A stretch of 43,700 nucleotides of DNA, from contig NW_027596098.1 in NCBI RefSeq assembly GCF_964194155.1, forward strand, positions 826,301 to 870,000, in the 5' to 3' direction. Each line of letters opens with the position of its first letter. Position 1 is the first letter of the stretch. The translations under genes and the position numbers were made by a program. Below, piece by piece: positions 1-12,084 of the stretch. The stretch is from Cetorhinus maximus (taxonomy: Eukaryota). Under the pieces are notes generated by a model. That model saw only the letters and a program-made list of their open reading frames with translations. It made no database searches and was not told the DNA's origin.

Positions 1-49
1 TAGATAGATAAGTTGATAGGTAATAGAGAGGGCCTGTATTCAAACACAC

Positions 50-700
50 CACACTGATTCCAAGTGACAAATGAAAGTCGAAGAAATGCAATGGATTTGT
101 TTTCAAATCCTCCCAGTCGCTTTCCCCACCGTGAGACAACCGTTCTCACTGAATTCCATCTTTTACACGAGGTTTTCCATCTCCAAGAGCCCTCTTTGGA
201 ATCGTCTCCAGCACTGATGCATTCTCTCTGGTGCCTTCCACGAGAGTTTTGAGCTCTCCTTTCAATGCCCCTCTACCCTGGATCATCACATTCATTTAAT
301 CTGTGTTTTGTGCATTCTTCCTCACTGACTCAGTTATCAATAATACCGCTGCTTCATATTCCCATAGCCAATCTCTACAGCATTCAGTTGTTTACTTGGA
401 ACTTGTGACTTCTTAAAAAGCCTTTTTATCACATTCAATCTGATTGCTGCAGATTTTTTTAAAAATATATTTAGTATTGAAGCTTGGAGCAATCCACTCT
501 GCTCCTTATTTTTAAATTCATTTAACACACATTTTTCATGTTTCTTATTCTTTGACCAGAAGGTCCTCTTGGGTCAGTATCCGCATTCTGACAGGCGCTT
601 TTTCGTTTTGGAGACTATTGGTGCTTTTGTGGAAATTATTCGCTCTGTAGTTCCCTCTGCCCTGACAGCAGTCTCTCTTTGCAGCTGTCTTAAAAATGAA
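50..700 (-). mobile_element. Possible L1/Tx1-type ORF1 remnant
   Basis: Minus-strand translation near 60-120 gives LGGFENKSIAFLRLSF, resembling the ORF1p motif LDDLENRSRRNNLRI. It is preceded by a K/E-rich, coiled-coil-like stretch (ORF 337-528). Heavily decayed. Confidence 0.3.
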
Positions 701-725
701 CTCAAATTTCTGGGTTTTGTCGTTG

Positions 726-836
726 AGGGAGGCGGGGGGCGGAGTGGGGGTTGGGGGGGTGGGGGGTGGGGGGGGGGGGGAGGGGGGGTGGTGGTGGTGG
801 GGGGGGGGTGGGGGGGGGGGATGTAGGGGCGGGCGG
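726..836. repeat. G-rich low-complexity tract (G4-prone)
   Basis: Long G runs interrupted by T/C/A; explains the poly-Gly ORF 569-826. Confidence 0.9.
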
Positions 837-1229
837 CGACTTTGTCTGCCTCTCTGAAACCGTGTTGCTACGCAACACCACCGTTTTTGTATTCTCGTGT
901 TTGCTTTAAATTCTCAGGATCGTTAACGCATCAGAAATGCAAACAGTTTTTTTTTACAGAGAAACTAAAACTCAACTTAACATTTTCTTAACGCAGATGA
1001 AGAAATAGAAATCAAACTTAAACATTACAGCTAAAACTCAGTCCTAACGCCGAGAAGGCATAGATCATGGTGCTGGAGTACGTGCAACTCAATACCCGAG
1101 GTGGAATGGCGTTACTAGTAGAAATTAATGTTACAGTCACACCAACTCCTTTGCTCAGGCTCCCGCCAGTTGGCCAGTGTAGACATCAGCGACAACAAAC
1201 AGTCTGCACTGCATCGCTGCATAAATCAA

Positions 1230-2140
1230 TTCACGGCTTCCTTACTTTTTTCGATTTGTTACCAGTATGACGGGTGCAGGAGAACACCATGAACTTGAAC
1301 ACCTGCTTCAGCGTATGCCCGATGGATCTCTCTGAGCGGCTCAGGAATCAGAAACGTGGCTTCATTGCATCAATGGTCGGATGCACGATGTTCCTGGTGG
1401 CTCCATTGCTCTCGCTATGTTGGTGTTATGTTTGCGTGGTCGTTTGGCAGTTAGGGAGTCTGTGTGTGTTTAGATCAATATGTTGAGGGAGCAACCTGGA
1501 CCTCCAAGAAGCCAACCTTTGGCTCTGAAGGAGGTTCTAAGATGGTGGGAATGGCTGCCTACTTCAGAATGATGGTATCGTGGCCGTTGCCTGGATGGGG
1601 AAAATTCACCAAAGTGGTGTAGCGTGCATCGTCACATAGCTGCTGTATATTGTGGCAGCTCGCCACGAATTTCTCAAGGGCAACTATACAGTGACGCCCA
1701 CGTTCATGAAATAATTACAATTGGAAAAAAAAAATGGATTAAAATTTAAGTCATTTACCGGACCTTTGACACGGCAGACCACCGGGGACACCTACACCTT
1801 CTGGAATCCCTCGGTCCTGCGAAAAAAATTGGACCTCCCATCATGTTTCTCTCTGCTGAGGAACAATCAGATAAATTCTCCTCATCCGGTATATATGGTC
1901 TCCATCAGCTACTGGATAGGTCGACGGATGACATGCCTAGATGTGATGGATATGTCACCTGTACCATCCTGCAAAGTTCCACATCCATAAAATTCAATAG
2001 AAATCTGAACTAAACTGCAGCTGACATCACCGTCCTCAAATTGTTGTGATGCTGCAAGTCCTGCTGAAGGAGGCGACACAGATCTGTGGCCACACGTTTT
2101 TAAATCAGAGACGCCTCACGTTCGTGTCCTGGGTTATGCC
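1230..2140 (-). mobile_element. PIF/Harbinger DDE transposase pseudogene (HARBI1-like)
   Basis: Collinear minus-strand motifs: VATDLCRLLQQDLQ (~2050-2092); EFYGCGTLQDGTGDISITS..REKH (~1845-1997, cf. LNFYASGSFQ..GDI.NISQ); HPGNGHDTIILK (~1560-1600, cf. YPGSSHDAFIL); YSESNGATRNIV-like/KPRF (~1350-1420, cf. YNESH.ATRNIIEQTIG.LK.RF); QVFKFMVFSCTRH (~1268-1307). Stops and frameshifts present. Confidence 0.85.
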
Positions 2141-2699
2141 TAGTTTGGTAATGTGTTCTTAGAAAACCAGGCTACTGAGTGCAGAGACCCCCTCGCCTTC
2201 CCTCTTTACACAGATTCTCCTCTCTGCAGCCTCTGAGCCAATTGTTGATCATGTTTATGTCACAGTTGCTTTCTACCTATTGATCCCATAGCTTTTGCAG
2301 AGCTGTGCAACCAAATCATCTCTCCACCCTGAATGTATGCAACAGTTCACAACACAGTTCCAAGAAAACATCCGCAGCACTGCCGCTAAATTTTCAATTA
2401 GAGAAATCAGTCACAGCCCCTCAGCTACAAGCTATATGCCTGGTTCTATTAAATAAAGCTAAAGAGGGGGCTTCCTCGTGTTGCTAAACATATATTCAGT
2501 TGAGACGAACTGACACAGGCGTCCAATGGAAACCAAGTTACAGATAGTTGTGCCAAAGCTGCTGAAACTGCCTGTCTAACATGGAGAACGAGGTGGGAGA
2601 CGCTGAGAAAAGAATGACAACCAGGCCAGCACCAATTCATGGTGTGAGTATCATACCTCCAGCATTAGTGACCATAACACTCCACAAAAAAATCAGATG

Positions 2700-3300
2700 A
2701 ATAATTGGAGGGAGATATTGAGAGAATTATTTTAAATTTTAAATTAAACTGCATACAACGTAAAGGGAAAAAATGCTGAAATATGGGGGAATGACAGAGG
2801 GGTTTGGATGAATCGTAGGAGTGAGTCCGTGGAGGAAGCACATAATATGGATGATAGTATTAAAATTGATGTGTTACCAGAACATAAATAAATGCAGGTG
2901 AGTGAGCACTGAGATGATGGCTCAACGGGATTTGTTGTGAGTTGGAATATGGGCAGGATAGTGTGGGGTGATCTGGGGACTATGATGGTTGGTAACTGAG
3001 AGCGTGGCCCCGATAACATTGGAATAGTTGAGTCTTGGTTGAGAACCAGGTGAGGGTTCAGTCAGCAGCCGGGGCAGGGAGTTGATGAGTGAATTTCTGG
3101 TGGTGGAAAGGGGCAAGATCTGGAATGGAGAGAAAAGGGTGTCAGCAGTCAGAACAGGATCAAACGAATCGCACATGGTGTGAACAGCATGGTTCTACCT
3201 CAGATATTGGCCAGGGAGGCTCGTGGGTTCAGTGGATCAGGAATGGAAAGTCTTGGAAAAAGTGAAAACAAGAGATTCCATCTTCCCAAAGTTCAACCGA
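2700..3300 (-). mobile_element. Decayed L2/CR1-group LINE fragment (endonuclease-linker region)
   Basis: Pyrimidine-rich minus strand with Ser/Leu/Pro-rich translations (ORFs 2744-3019, 2922-3176), typical of L2 remnants; no decisive motif. Confidence 0.4.
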
Positions 3301-3360
3301 CAAGAAAAATATCAAGTTAAGTGTGGTTTATAATATAAATAACTGGGCAGAAAAACTTAC

Positions 3361-3660
3361 CAGGTACACCATCAGTAGTCAGGCTAGGATAATAACCTGA
3401 TTGAATAAGCAAAACCGTGAAATAGATGCGCTCGACTAATGACAACCGGTCATAATATTTAGAAAGTCAATACAACAGGATAAACTCCTGTCTATACTTT
3501 TAACCTTCCAGTCTACTGTTCTCTGTTTCTGATCCATTATTGTAACATTCCAATCTATTGTTTTCATATTCTGACCACTTCTCTCCCTCCCACTGGAGGC
3601 ACTGATCACTATCAGCGTTGGAGCTGATGCTCCCACGGCCACAATCTGATAACACATTGT
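3361..3660 (-). pseudogene. Possible TIM/HAVCR-like IgV exon remnant
   Basis: Minus strand: DCGRGSISSNADSDQCLQWEGEKWSEYENNRL, then in a shifted frame VKSIDRSLSCCIDF (cf. TIM CWGRG.C and V...DSG.YCCRVE). Ends at a strong donor CTG|GTAAG (3361/3360). The 5' part abuts a CR1 fragment. Confidence 0.3.
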
Positions 3661-5450
3661 CCTGAGTACCTTATTTATGGAAGAGGCAAAGCCTCCATTG
3701 GCACAATTAAGATCCATGAAGGGTGACATTAATTCCAGTCACTGAGCATACATGTTCTGTTAATACCTTTCAATCTAATGTCCTTATATGACCATAACGT
3801 GGAAAATTTGCCCGTCCGGGTGGGATTTCTGAGGGCAGCTGAGGGAATAAATGGGGGAAATAGTGAAAGCTCTGGACATAATATTTCATCCCTTCGTGGA
3901 TATAGGAGTGGTGCCAGAGAACTGGAGGTTACTAGATGTCCCGCCCCCCTTTTTAAATTAGAGGAGAAAGGGATCATCTTTGGAGCTACAGAGCAGAGGA
4001 GTTAATGTCGAAAATGGAAACTGTTCTGGAGCACATAATCGTGGACAGAATTACATGTTTTCTTCCATCAACATCAAGTTTACAAATGATCAGAAGGACG
4101 GTAATCTCACTTCTAAGTCATATATGATAAACGTAATGTAAAACTTTGTCTAAGTAACGATAGTGCAAAAGAGGGAACTGAACTTGATGTTATGTCTTTG
4201 AAGAAAGTCTGATCAAGTGTCATGTAATGGAGTTGAAACATAAATTGAGCCCCATGGAGTAAAGGTGTAGCGACAGTGTGGATGTACCAATGATGAAGAG
4301 ACAGATCGAAAAGAGAGTTTATGGCCAATATCTATTCCGAATGTAGGGCGTTTTGAAGTGATGTGAACCAGGGATCGATTTGAGGTGCATTGGTCTTTAT
4401 GTTACAAATAAAAGACAAAGGAACATCTACAAATTACATAACTTCTAGAACTTGAGGGACCGGTTTTAAAATTAGCGTTTGCCCTTTTATGACAGATCTG
4501 ACGAACTTGTATTTTTTTCTTTCTTACTGCTTTGTGAATTTGGAACTCTCTGCCTCAGGAGGCTGTGCACGCTGGGTCACTGAATATTTTTTTCAGGCAG
4601 GGGTACATGAATTACTGTTATCAACGGAAGCAAAGGCAATCGGGGGTAAATGGAAATATAGAATTTGAAACTCCAACAGATCACCGATGATCTTGTTGAA
4701 TAGCGGTGCAGGATCGAGGGGCTGAAAGGCCGACTTTTTCTCCCATGTAATATCTTTGCAGATGACAGGCAGCCGGAAATGTACGCAGTGAGGAGCTTAG
4801 AAAAATCTAGGGAAACGGGAAATGGAAATTTAAATTAGGGACATGTGAAGGACACATTTGGTAGAAGGATCGAGGAGAGAGAAAATTAACTAAATGAGAC
4901 CATTTTAAACAGGATGCATAAACAGAGTGGATAGATGTGCACACTTGTTTATAACTGGAAGGACATGTTTATAGATTTGTTCTTAATACGCAGATGATGT
5001 GTGACTTTATACATTAGAGGCAGAGAGTAATGGAGTAAGAAGTTATGTTAAATTTTCAAACATCACTTATTCGTGCTCAGCAGTGAAATTGTGTCTAATT
5101 CTGGCCACTATATATTAGAAAAACGTGTGGGTCTTGGGGAGCTTACAAAGGGGAATTAGTGTAAAGTTGTCACGGATGAAGTTTTTTTAAGTGCCATGGA
5201 GAGACTGGACAAGCTGGAATTCATCTACTGAGATCAGTAAATATAAAGAAGAATTGAATAGATATCTCCACATTAACGTAAAGATTAGAGAGAGTGAGGA
5301 TAAACTGTTTCCACTGGAAAAAGGAACAGGAACAAGATTTACAGGAAATGGTGAAAGAGCCTGAGGGGACATAAAGATAACATTCACTGTAATACAGTGT
5401 TAGAATCTGGAACAAACTGTCTGTAGGCCTGGTGGAAGCCGTCTTATCGG
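3660..5450 (+). mobile_element. CR1 LINE remnant (RT and 3' region) with a nested CR1/HE1-type 3' tail at ~4430-4750
   Basis: Degenerate RT motifs: LEHII.DRI (~4026), remnants of QHGF..GRS.LTNL (~4070-4125) and PQGS..G.L.F (~4367-4400), and FADD (tttgcagatgac, 4755). The nested tail ends with the shark-type sequence ggatcgaggggctgaaaggccgact..tcccatgt. Confidence 0.85.
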
Positions 5451-5469
5451 GCTGATGAAAAAAATACCA

Positions 5470-5530
5470 TTACACTATCTCGAAGAAGAGCAAGGAGCTC
5501 TCCCCAGTGTCCTCGTGAATATTTATCCCT
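5470..5530 (+). mobile_element. DeuSINE (SacSINE1-like) core fragment
   Basis: gaagaagagcaaggagctctccccagtgtcctcgtgaatatttatccctcc matches my recollection of the Deu-domain core; a paralogous copy lies at ~34925-34990. Confidence 0.5.
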
Positions 5531-5559
5531 CCAACAACATCACAACAAAACAGGTTAGC

Positions 5560-6480
5560 TTCTTTAAAGAGCTCAGTCGAGGGAGAAAAATCATCTGTAT
5601 GGTTCGCCCGGATGGTCAGAACCCCCATTGTGTCTCCAGAGGGATGTTTTAACTAATGGGTTGGGAGAGGTTCATGAGGATTCGTGTGAGAACGTTCCTC
5701 AGAGTGGACAAAAGGGGTGTGTCTCTATTCGTCACACTGATTGATTCATAACCCTCCCTAAACAGTGAAAAACTGATGACAATTCAGAAGTCTGAGAGTG
5801 GGAACACGCCTTTCGAGATGTATGTGAAAAAATATTAGAGGTCTTCAGGAAGACCAACAACATGGTAGTTGTCGCCACCCTTCTCTATGCCAGTGAGGCA
5901 TTGGTCACCGACCAAACTCCGTGTGCTGGAGAATTTCTAGCAGTGAAGTATCCACAGGACTCTCAATGTCAAGTGGGAAGACAGGTTAACAAACACCAGC
6001 ATCCTCCCTAAAAGCAAATCCTCCAGTATCACAACCTGACCATGTGACTCAGCACCACTGGTTTGGATACTGCACCCATGTGTCAATCAAGCAGTTTCTG
6101 AAGCAGTTCCTTTTTTCACAACTTGAGAATGACACCTGGTCTCAAAGTGTCAGCAGATTAAAAAAAAATCAAGGAGAGGCTGACGGCCATAGTGAAAAGC
6201 GGCCAAGCTGATATCCGTGTATGAGATGAAATTGCCTCTTCCAACAAACTGCAACACAGTCCACAGTGACCACACAATCTTTGCTTTGGCGAAGTAACAA
6301 AACGGAAAGGAGAGGGAGCTGCTCTCTGATTCAAGAAACCCCTTCCTCAGGGAAATTCTTGTACTCTCTGCATAAAGGTCTGTGGCTCCAAGATTGTCTT
6401 CTCAGGCACCTGTGGTGATACACAACCTGAACCCTGCAAAACAGCACCCTTGTTGCGAGGAACTAATGATGTTGATGAGG
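5560..6480 (+). mobile_element. RTE-clade LINE 3' remnant
   Basis: Motifs ATLLYASEA (~5874-5900), KWEDRLTNTSIL (~5970-6006), WFGYC and KQFLFSQL (cf. W.GH..RM...LPKQ.L..EL); ends in a (GAT/GAG)n tail at ~6465-6490. Confidence 0.75.
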
Positions 6481-6559
6481 AGGAGGTTGATGGTGTGATC
6501 ACAGCATTTGACTATGTGAACGCAATTAAATTTCAAACATTTGAATTATTTCTACTAAC

Positions 6560-7925
6560 CAGCCTTACTTAAAAATTAGGTTTCAACGTGGGAAAGTAAC
6601 ATCACTGGACTATGCGCATGAGAAACTGAACATGCAGCAAGCAGTAGACAGAGCTAAGCGATCCCATAATCACCGGATCAGGTCTGTGCTCTGCAGTCCT
6701 GCCACACCAGTGGTGAATGGTGGAAAATTTATGAACTCCATGGAGCGGGTGTTTCGACAAGTATGATGTGCAGCTCTGCACATCAGTCAATTAAAATAAA
6801 AAAGCCTGGAGCAATTGCAACCAACGTTAGCTGGAATTTGCCAAGTGAATGATCCACATCGGCCTGCTCCAGATGGCCCCAGCAGTGAAGGTGTAGTTTT
6901 AATACTATCCTTTCGTTCAACGTGATAACAAGAAATGGTGGAAGGCACTGAAAGCATCAAAGGTATTGGGCACTAACAATATTCCAGCAATAGAACTGAA
7001 GACTTGTGATCTAGAGCTTGCCGATCCTAGCCATGCTGTAGCAATAAACCTATATAACACTGGCAATTGCCCAGTAATATGGTAAATAAACCTAGAATTT
7101 CCTGTCCACAAAACTAGGGACAAATACAGCCCAGCCAATTAGCGCTCCATCAGTCTAACCTCAAACGGTAGGGCGTCATGGCATAGAAGCATTTTCATTA
7201 GACTAGTATTGTGGAAACCCAGCATAATGTTCTTGGGGAGTCCGTTTCGAACCCCTCTGCAGCAGTTGGTATATTAAAAACAAAACAGGGCTTTTTAATG
7301 CTCATGATGCCCATCATTACCACTCATTTATTTTTAAATAAGCCAACTTGGTTAATAGTGATTCATTATAACAAAATCGGCTGTCTTTACCTATTCTTCC
7401 CTACAGGTGACTACAGATCCACAGAAATTGGCCTCCCTCTTACTTCCCCTCGGAACAGCGCAGATGACAATAATTGCTCACTGACAATCGATTTTGGTTC
7501 CGTCAGTGTCAGTAGGACCTTATTGCGGCCTGGGTTAAAAGATGGACAAAATAGCTGAGACCACGAATGTAGTGGACATCAAGGGCACATTTGGCCGAGT
7601 GTGGCACCAAGGAGCCCGAACAAAATTGGATTCAATGGGAATCACGGGAACAACCTCCGCTGTTTGCATTCATACCCAGAAGAAAGGAAGATGGTCTTTA
7701 TTCTTGGAGTTCAGTCATGTCAGCTCCAGTGCAGCAGTTCGTCGGGGTATTTTACTGGGCCGAAACATCTTCAGCTGCTTCATCAATGACCTTCCTTCCA
7801 TCTTAAAGTCAGAAGTGGCAATTCTCGTTAAGGATTGGACAATGTTCAGTAACCTTCATGACTCCTCGGATACTGAAGCAGTCCATGCAAATACAGCAAG
7901 TCTTGTAGAATATCCTAGTGGCAGG
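6560..7925 (+). mobile_element. CR1-group LINE remnant (shark family), interrupted at ~7200-7470
   Basis: NIPAIELKTC..ELA.P (~6978-7028), SPAN*RSISL (~7128-7158), DIKGTFGRVWHQG and IFSCFINDLPSI (ORF 7542-7928). Same family as 20820-22005 and 25220-26620. Confidence 0.8.
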
Positions 7926-8304
7926 TAACCATGCAAAGACAAAATCTTGATCTATGAATACACAAAGTGCTGGCAATGAGTGAGCAGGGACTCAACAAAA
8001 CGAGAGCGATAACCACGTAATGCCATCAGCCATACTTGTTATTTTCCGGGACTAATGAACAGGACTAGAATCGGGAAAAGGCAAAGAAGATATCATTGTT
8101 TATTTCATTCTGAAGGAGCTACAGAAATGCTTGCAATGATCATGCCAAGTTTCACTGCTATGCCAGTATAATAAAAACTAAGTGCTTAAGTTAAAACATG
8201 CAAAAAAAAAATAATAATCAACTCATTTTGTACAAATGCGCAAAAACAATAAACAAGCGTTCATTAACACAAATATTTGTAAACAAACATTAACAATAAA
8301 AAAG

Positions 8305-8420
8305 CTGTGAAGAAGAGTCAAACAGACTCGACACTATAAATCTGCTTCTCTTCACTAATGCTGCCACATATGCAGAGTTTTTCTTTTTTCATGCGTTTTC
8401 TGTCTCTGTTAGCAAAATGT
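8305..8420 (+). mobile_element. Old Penelope-type tail with a degenerate hammerhead motif
   Basis: gtgaagaagagtcaaacagactcgacac (GAGTC/GACTC stem II; broken CUGANGA and GAAA cores), followed by ..gctgccaca..gcagagtttt. Paralogue at ~38020-38100. Confidence 0.45.
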
Positions 8421-9370
8421 GTCTACAAATATGCATACACACAATCAACACGCGGATATTTTTATCATTTTCCTAATAAAAATCCCTGGAGACAAACGAT
8501 CACCTCTCCATTGCCTGAATGTAAAGTTATTATTCACAAACTTTGCCTATAAATGGGCCAACCCTCACTCATGTGCAGGACTGTTTATTTCTCTCCACAA
8601 TTGCACAATGGGTTACTACTGTGGGCCCACACCTTTGGAGATTCGCTATACAGAGACCCCGGATTTATTAGTGACCTCTCGTATTTCCCACTCCGTGACC
8701 CAAAGGATGTCAGCTGGTAAAACATCCTGCGGGAGATCACTCCATTGGAGGCACCGAGATGGACGGTGGGCAGTAGGTGGATTGAATATATAATTGTGGA
8801 GAGGAAAGTGAGGTTCATCACAAAAGTTTTCAGCCAGCTGTGGGTTTCCATCAGTCGGCAGATGCGTGGAATATTGATACTTGGGAGGGCATGAAGCCAG
8901 GGGAGGGCCGATGCATGGGGAAATGCAGTTAGGAGGCACATTGATGCATTCAAGTAAGTTCAACAAGGTGCGTGTGTGTGTCTGATGAGCTGTGCAAGGC
9001 AGTTACACAGTACTGTGCTGCGGAATATATGAGGACAAGTGCTGAGGCCCAGAGTATTGCGGCAGCAGGACCTAACCAAGATTTAACTACTGTCATTTAT
9101 ACGATGTTTCTGGTTTTCAACTTTGCAACTGTTTCCATCAGGTGATACCAAAAGTCCACAATCCTATTTATAGTCACAGCCGTTTGTGTTGTTTTGGGAT
9201 CGTACTTTTGCCTCTGACAATCCATTTAAACATGTTTTTCCAATTTGGCATTGCCATGATGGACATGGAATGCACTCGATAAATTGAAGGAATAATTCAA
9301 GTTGCCATGTGCTGCAGTAGCCCTCAAATTATCAAGGCATTTGTCAAGGATCTGGTCCAGGGTGGAGAAG

Positions 9371-10420
9371 GATTCCCTTCATCCCCCCTGACGGCATTCC
9401 GTAGGGATCGTTCCCTCCGGGACACCCTGGTCCACTCCTCCATCACCCCCTACTCTTCAACCCCCACCTATGGCACCTCCCCATGCCGACGCAGAAGATG
9501 CAACACCTGCCCCTTCACTTCCTCTCTCCTCACCGTCCAAGGGCCCAAACACTCCTTTCAAGTGAAGCAGCATTTCACTTGCATTTCCCCTAACTTAGTC
9601 TACTGCATTCGTTGCTCCCAATGCGGTCTCCTCTACATTGGAGAGACCAAACGCAAACTGGGCGACCGCTTTGCAGAACACCTGCGGTATGTCCGCAAGA
9701 AAGACGCAAACCTCCCTGTCGCTTACCATTTTAACACTCCACCCTGTTCTCTTACCCACATGTCTGTCCTTGGCTTGCTGCATTGTTCCAGTGAAGCCCA
9801 ACGCAAACTGGAGGAACAGCAACTCATCTTCCGACTAGGCACTTTACAGCCTTCCGAGCTGAATATTGAATTCAACAACTTTAGATCTTTAACTCCCCCT
9901 CCCCCCATCCCCACCCCGTTTCTCCCCCCTCCCTTTTTCTTCAATAATTTATATAGATCCTTCTTTCACACCTATTTCCATTATTTTTAAATCTAAAACT
10001 AAAACTTTGTTAGTCTTTCCACCCCACCCACACTAGAGCTGTACCTTGAGTATACTGTCTTCCATTCTTAAATAGCACTTTTCTTAGAGAATATCACCAC
10101 CTTCAACACCTCTTTGATCCTTTCGTCTGTGACATCTTTTGATTATCTGCTTCTATCACTCCTTGCTTATCTCCACAATCATCCCACCCTCAACTTCTCT
10201 CTCCCCCCGCCCCCCCTCCCCCCCCCCACCTTAGACCAGCTTATATTTCACCTTTCTCCTAACTATACTCAGTTCTGCCGAAGGGTCATGAATACTCGAA
10301 ACGTTAACTGATTGCTTCTCCACCGATGCTGCCAGACCTGCTGAGTTTTTCCAGGTAATTCTGTTTTTGTTTTGGATTTCCAGCATCCGCGGTAGCTTTT
10401 AGCTTTTTGTTTTTATCTAC
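9371..10420 (+). mobile_element. 5'-truncated Penelope-like element (GIY-YIG endonuclease C-terminus plus 3' tail)
   Basis: Open frame: AFRRDRSLRDTLVHS, PCRRRRCNTCP, FTC.SPNLVYCIRCSQCGLLYIGETKRKLGDRFAEHLR, HFN, RKLEEQQLIFRLGTLQPSELNIEF. Tail gatgctgccagacctgctgagtttttccag. Candidate TSD GGAGAAG (9364-9370) / GCAGAAG (10421-10427). Absent from the paralogous site at ~39130. Confidence 0.93.
10270..10310 (+). ncRNA. Minimal type I hammerhead ribozyme motif (Penelope-associated), core mutated
   Basis: CAGTT-CTGCCGA-A-GGGT(CATGAAT)ACTC-GAAA-CGTT-AACTG: stem I CAGTT/AACTG, stem II, palindromic AACGTT stem III. The core reads CUGCCGA instead of CUGANGA. Confidence 0.7.
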
Positions 10421-12084
10421 GCAGAAGCATGGGGATTAGGTCGAACGACAGCTGCCATTAGCATAGTAGAGCTGGGCTCCAAATCGTCTGTTGCAAAAGA
10501 GCTTTCAACAACTGTCTTGATCAAGGTTGGAAGCAATCTGGGCAGTTTTCGGAGCGGTACAGTGTGCCACACTGCATCCTAGGCAGCTGTGATGATGACA
10601 GCACCACAACTGTTCTCAAGTTATTTTTGGAAGACATTTCCGACGGAAGACGTAAGCGTTAGAACTTGATCAGTTGTGCTGCACACCTTCCAGATAATTA
10701 GTTGATATTAAGCGTATTTCTACTTCTGAAGATATGTGTTGCAGGAACATGTTCAAACATTTTGAAGCAAACAAAGTAGTGACATCAGTCGTAGGATGGC
10801 TGCCAGGGGGAGATATTTACCAGGTTTTGGTATGAAAGTCATTTTTGGGACTGAGATTGTGATTATGATTCTTATGCAGAGCGGAGGCAGCCAGGCAGCA
10901 GCACGGGGATAGAGTTACATTAACGTTGCCCATTTCTCGTTGTATTTTTGACAGTTTACACAAGTTCCATTGAATCTGGTTGCACTGCTGATGGGTGGAA
11001 AGCAAAGGCCACTGTGGATGAATGGGGGCCCGTGTTAACAATGTGAGAAATCATCCAGGACTGGGCACTTTGCTGGTGTTGGGCGACCTTCAAGGGAACG
11101 GAGCCAGAACATGTCAGGCGATTATTTTTGGCTCCATCAAGCAAACTGAAACGATCCTTGCCTGTAACAAGGTGCGGCCATTTCTAGAGGTCCACTGTAG
11201 GAGCAACTCACCATCACTCTTTTTGGCTGAGTAACCCCAGTCAGTATGGTGGCTGTTGAAGACACCCATGATTGTGTCTGAGTGAGGCAGAGCTGTCATA
11301 ACCTGTTTTTCCCAGCAACCACTTGGATGCTTTAATTCTTTTACGATATCAAAACTGCCGACCCGAATTGTGTCACAGAACGATGAAAAAGCAGCTGCTA
11401 CCCCAATGTCGGATCAGACATGCTTGGAGTCGTCGTTTCATTTGTGGCGGGAGTTGCTAATAAGGTCTCAATCTTCGATCTAATAGCGACGTGCCATAAA
11501 TATATTCCGTCGATGGAGCGTTGGTTGGCTGTTGTAAGACATGGATAACATGCACTATTAAAACAAGTCCGGGATGCTGTTCACTGCAGGGGCGGTTGGC
11601 TCTGGGGGGATTGGGATTCCTGGCGCTTTCGGATTCCTCTAACGTTCTCTTCAATTTCAGTTTGCTGACATGATAACTTGCTTCACCACGGGCATTATTT
11701 TGGCGAACCATTTATTGTTAAAAAAAGTAAACTCCTCCACAATTTTCTTTGTTGGTATGTTTCTCAAATGTGTCGCTTCAGGGAACCTTAAAGACACTTC
11801 AATATTGACTGTAAGCACTGATTTACACAAGCAATCATGACCCTAGTAATGCTTGAATTGTAACTAAATGTGCTGGTTGAGTAATGTTTTGGATTTTCCC
11901 TATCACTTGACATATGCGTTATGTTATATAGAATTGAACTACATCTACTTGCAATCCCGGCTGATATAAAAGATTTGGCACTTTCTAATTGCTAAATGTA
12001 GCACACACACCGTCCCAAACCCCTCCCCCCCCCCCCCCCCCCCCCACCACCAACCCCCATACCACCACCCCATTGTAGATTCAT

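Larger units (their letters stand above)
8480..11700 (-). mobile_element. RTEX-like non-LTR retrotransposon remnant (APE endonuclease + RT), split by the Penelope insertion
   Basis: EN: LPHSDTIMGVFNSHHTDWGYS..SDGELLLQW (ORF 11114-11299). RT: STTDQVLTLTSSVGNVFQK..TAA*DAVWHT (~10560-10685). C-terminal: ASALVLIYSAAQYC (~9008-9049) and LPWLHALPSINIPRICRL (ORF 8585-8953). Confidence 0.75.

Noticed and set aside
569-826. Gly-rich ORF (and the Glu/Arg/Gly ORF at 31442-31747)
   Set aside because: Artefacts of the poly-G and (GGAGA)n tracts.
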